NCBI GenBank assembly: GCA_945867435.1
Contig: CAMBIK010000003.1
Span: 1 to 48,253 of the forward strand
DNA length: 48,253 nucleotides
Reading direction: 5' to 3'
Source of the DNA: Klebsiella pneumoniae
GTDB taxonomy: Bacteria; Myxococcota_A; UBA796; SXON01
This document shows, piece after piece, positions 45,331-48,253 of the stretch. The translations under genes were made by a program, and so were the position numbers. The first letter of the stretch is position 1. Each line of letters begins with the position of its first letter. Under the pieces are notes generated by a model that did not search any database, was not told where the DNA came from, and worked only from the letters and a program-made list of their open reading frames with translations.

Positions 45331-46008
45331 ATGGACACGCGGTCGGCGCATGAACCCCAGTGGCTGACTCGGCCCGGCGACATCGCCGTTCACCTGGCCT
45401 GCGCGTCGGCGGACAAGCGACCGGTCACGCTCACGGCCTTTGGGGTGACCGCCCAGGGGTTCTTCCCTCCGCCCGACCCCGCCGGGCCGGTCTTCGCCCC
45501 CGATTCCCGCGTGCTGCTGCCGAACCCGGGCCCGGGCGCGGCCGTGAAGGTCGCGTATTTTGCCCGCGCCGACGCCTTCTCGTTTCTGACCCAGCTGCTT
45601 TGCATCGACCTCGCGGGTCGGTGGCGTTTGCGGCCCCCGCTCGCGGTGGAGCGCTGCGACCGGCGCATCCGGGAAAGGGTCCCGGTCGTCGGCGTGGCCG
45701 GCTTCTGTTTCCAGCTCATGGATGTCGTGGGCGAGCCCAACGTTGCGCTGTACGACCTTTCCGACGAAGGCATCGCCCTCGTGTTCGACCCTCGTCGTTT
45801 CTGCTTCCGTGTCGACGAATACATTAGCGGCAACCTACACTTTCCAGGCAGCGCCGCGCTCGACGTGACCCTGCAAGTGCGAAACATCCGCGACTTCCCG
45901 AGGCAGCCCCATCTATCCCTGGTCGGCACCCGCTTCGTCGGGCTGACCCCAGAGGATGGGGCACGATTGAGGGGCGTGATGAGCGAATGGGGGCGTGGGT
46001 TGGGGTAG
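45331..46008 (+). CDS. PilZ domain (YcgR-like) c-di-GMP effector
   Basis: DRRIRER (RxxxR) and DLSDEG (DxSxxG), VG.RF; GGAG RBS before ATG 45331. Confidence 0.88.
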   Translation: MDTRSAHEPQWLTRPGDIAVHLACASADKRPVTLTAFGVTAQGFFPPPDPAGPVFAPDSRVLLPNPGPGAAVKVAYFARADAFSFLTQLLCIDLAGRWRLRPPLAVERCDRRIRERVPVVGVAGFCFQLMDVVGEPNVALYDLSDEGIALVFDPRRFCFRVDEYISGNLHFPGSAALDVTLQVRNIRDFPRQPHLSLVGTRFVGLTPEDGARLRGVMSEWGRGLG

Positions 46009-46010
46009 CG

Positions 46011-47798
46011 CTACGCGGCCAGCGCCGCGAGGACCACGACCGCCGCCGCGGCCGAGGCCCATCCAGCCTCCACCGCCCATCCCTGGGACAACGCGACCAT
46101 CGCGAAGCCGTTGTTCAGCGCGTGCGCGAGCATCCCGGGGAGGACGCTGCGGTTTCGCAGGGAAAGCACACCCAGGGCGCAGCCGAGGACCGCGGTCGGC
46201 AGAAACCGGAAGATGCTGAGGTGAAAGAGGCCGAACGCCAGGGCGGTCACGGCCACGGTCGCAGCGGGCGAGGCGCGGGTGCGCCACAAGCCGAAGAACG
46301 CCCCGCGGAAGAGCAGCTCTTCACACACGCCCGGCAGCACCGCGAACACCAGCGTGAGCTGCCAGAGGGGGGCATTCTCGGGAAAGACGCCCTCGAACAG
46401 GCTGGTCGGCGTGGTGAGGATGAGCCCCTGAAGCGACGCGACCGAAAGAGCGAGTCCAGGGAGGCAAAGCCCTACGACCAAGGCGCGGAGCCACTCGCGT
46501 GCGGGTGCGCCGACCAACCGGAGCGTGGACCGGATCGGCAGGCCCAGCCACCACGGTGCCACCAACGCCAGCGGAGCGAGGAGCGCCAGTTGGGTGAACG
46601 CCATCCCCCCCCAAACCTGGATCGACTGTGCGGTCTGCCCGAGGAACCATAGCGCAAGCAAGGCAATTCCCCACAGGGACGCCGCATCCGCTCGGTAGTC
46701 TCCCCGCATCCGCCGCTGGCCCCCCCCCCGCGTTCCCAGCACCACATCCTCCCGGCCCATCAGCCGCACACCCCAGGCCAGGGTCAGCCCCGCCCAGACC
46801 GAGGTGGCGACAAAGGCCACGGCCACGGGGGCGCCCAACGCGTGCCCGGCCAGGACTTCCCGCGTGGCGAGCGCCAGCCCGGCGATGGGGAGCAGCGCCG
46901 AGGCGTACGTGAGGGCGAAGCCCGGAAGAAAGGTCACCGCCGCCATCGCGAGGGGCAGGATGAGCAGCGGGGTGGTCAACACCTGCCCGCTCTTGAAGTC
47001 TGGGGCCCAGGCGGCCGCCACCGAGAGGATGGCGGACATCAGCACGGCCATCGGCAGGAACAGCACGAAGGTCAATGCGGCCGTGGAGAGGGGGAGGTCC
47101 AAACCCATGGTGGCCCCCGCGGCGACCCATGCCGAGACGACGGAAAACAGCGTGGTCACGAGCGTGAAGCAGAGCACGACCGCGAACTTGCCCCCGAGCA
47201 CGACCCAGCGTTCCGCCGCGGTTGTAAGCAGGGTTTCCATGGTGCCGCGCTCCTTTTCCCCGGTGATCACGTCGAGCGCGGTGTAGAGGCCGCCTGCCAG
47301 CAGGGTGAACAGGAGCAACGCCGGGAGGATGCGGGCGGCGGTCTCTCGGTCGCGTGCGGCTCGGCTCAGGGTGTCGTCGGAATCCACCCGCGTAGGTTGC
47401 GTGGCCTTGCGGTGCTTGGTCAGCGCCTTGCCGATGCGAGCGCGGGCGTCGATGCTGTCGGGGCTGCGGCTGTCCCACCACAGCTCCGCCCCGGACGGGG
47501 TGAGTCGGGCTCCGGCCACCGCGCTTCCCGACTCAACCGCCTCGCGGATGTCCTCGGCCTCAATGCGGTTCAGGTTCGCCGGCAGTCGGATCTCACCGTC
47601 GATCGCCACGTTCAGAACCTGTGCATCGGCCTTGTTCATCGCGATCTTGACCGCCCGGTGGCCCGCCATGCCGAGTGCCGGGTAGAGGAGCAGCGGCACG
47701 AGCACCATGAAGACCAGCGTGAGCGGGTCGCGGAGATGCTGCCGTAGCTCCGCGACAACCACGCGCAGGAGCAGCCGGAACGGACTGTTCCCGGTCAA
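46011..47798 (-). CDS. NatB-like ABC permease fused to a CPBP/Abi intramembrane protease
   Basis: TTGA coupling to natA; ELR..LRD..TL, GEKERGTMETLL (NatB); EELLFRG, FGLFH, HALNN (CPBP). Confidence 0.9.
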   Translation of the reverse strand: MTGNSPFRLLLRVVVAELRQHLRDPLTLVFMVLVPLLLYPALGMAGHRAVKIAMNKADAQVLNVAIDGEIRLPANLNRIEAEDIREAVESGSAVAGARLTPSGAELWWDSRSPDSIDARARIGKALTKHRKATQPTRVDSDDTLSRAARDRETAARILPALLLFTLLAGGLYTALDVITGEKERGTMETLLTTAAERWVVLGGKFAVVLCFTLVTTLFSVVSAWVAAGATMGLDLPLSTAALTFVLFLPMAVLMSAILSVAAAWAPDFKSGQVLTTPLLILPLAMAAVTFLPGFALTYASALLPIAGLALATREVLAGHALGAPVAVAFVATSVWAGLTLAWGVRLMGREDVVLGTRGGGQRRMRGDYRADAASLWGIALLALWFLGQTAQSIQVWGGMAFTQLALLAPLALVAPWWLGLPIRSTLRLVGAPAREWLRALVVGLCLPGLALSVASLQGLILTTPTSLFEGVFPENAPLWQLTLVFAVLPGVCEELLFRGAFFGLWRTRASPAATVAVTALAFGLFHLSIFRFLPTAVLGCALGVLSLRNRSVLPGMLAHALNNGFAMVALSQGWAVEAGWASAAAAVVVLAALAA

Positions 47799-48253
47799 CG
47801 CGGGCCGCCGCGAACGAGGTGCATGAACACGTCTTCGAGGCGCTCCAGCCCGGTTTGCGCCCGCAGTTCGGCCAGGGTCCCCGTGGCGAGCACCCGGCCG
47901 GCATGGATCACCACGAGTCGATCGCAGAGGCGTTCGGCCTCTCCCATGATGTGGGTGCTGTAGAGAATGCACCGCCCACGCGCCCGCATATCTTCGAGAA
48001 AGCTGAACAAGTCCTGAGCCACCAGTACGTCCAGGCCGGCGGTCGGCTCGTCGAAGATCAACACCGGAGGGTCGTGAACCACGGCCCGGGCGATGTTGAC
48101 CTTCTGCTTCATCCCGGTGGAAAGCCGGTCGCAGGCCACATGGGCGAACGGGCGGATGTCGAAGCGGTCGAGGAGCGCTTCGGCCCGTGCATCGCCATCG
48201 GTACACCCCTGCAAGGCCGCCACATACGCCAGCACCTCTCGCGGGGTCAGCCT
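47795..48253 (-). CDS. NatA-like ABC ATP-binding protein (5' end outside window)
   Basis: LSTGMKQKV.IARA.VHDP.VLIFDEPT.GLD, STH.M.EAERLCDR. Confidence 0.93.
   Translation of the reverse strand, partial: RLTPREVLAYVAALQGCTDGDARAEALLDRFDIRPFAHVACDRLSTGMKQKVNIARAVVHDPPVLIFDEPTAGLDVLVAQDLFSFLEDMRARGRCILYSTHIMGEAERLCDRLVVIHAGRVLATGTLAELRAQTGLERLEDVFMHLVRGGPR

Overview
High-GC (~68%) chromosomal window, probably from a Myxococcota/deltaproteobacterium-like organism (inferred from gene content: MopE-type Cys/Asp repeats, CotH-LTD protein, NatB-CPBP fusion, many lipoproteins). It holds about 42 CDS, mostly housekeeping and envelope genes: moaC, a radical SAM enzyme, an M1 peptidase, clpX-lon, tRNA-Val/tRNA-Asp, ppa, a DAG kinase, GPx, an rlmD-like methyltransferase, uvrC, CotH, recQ, an ASST-like protein, a NoeA-like methyltransferase, msrBA, an AAA ATPase, two ABC systems and a PilZ protein. 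No CRISPR, rRNA or intact mobile element was seen. The main signals the ORF track misses are: (1) a selenocysteine-recoded BCP/PrxQ peroxiredoxin lipoprotein at 20037-20639, with UGA at the peroxidatic position and an fdhF-like SECIS; (2) many ultra-short (8-11 aa), n-region-less signal peptides, plus a TA positioned at -12 that suggests leaderless mRNAs; (3) a decayed island at tRNA-Asp with a diverged tRNA-3'/terminator duplicate, a DUF1778-VapC chimera and a neighbouring cobQ fragment; (4) a GTAG-REP-like palindrome family with compensatory changes inside a highly structured intergenic region; (5) several apparent pseudoenzymes (RluA-like tail on RlmD, His-less hybrid kinase, PHP-like lipoprotein). 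All family calls come from motif recognition by eye; no database searches were run.
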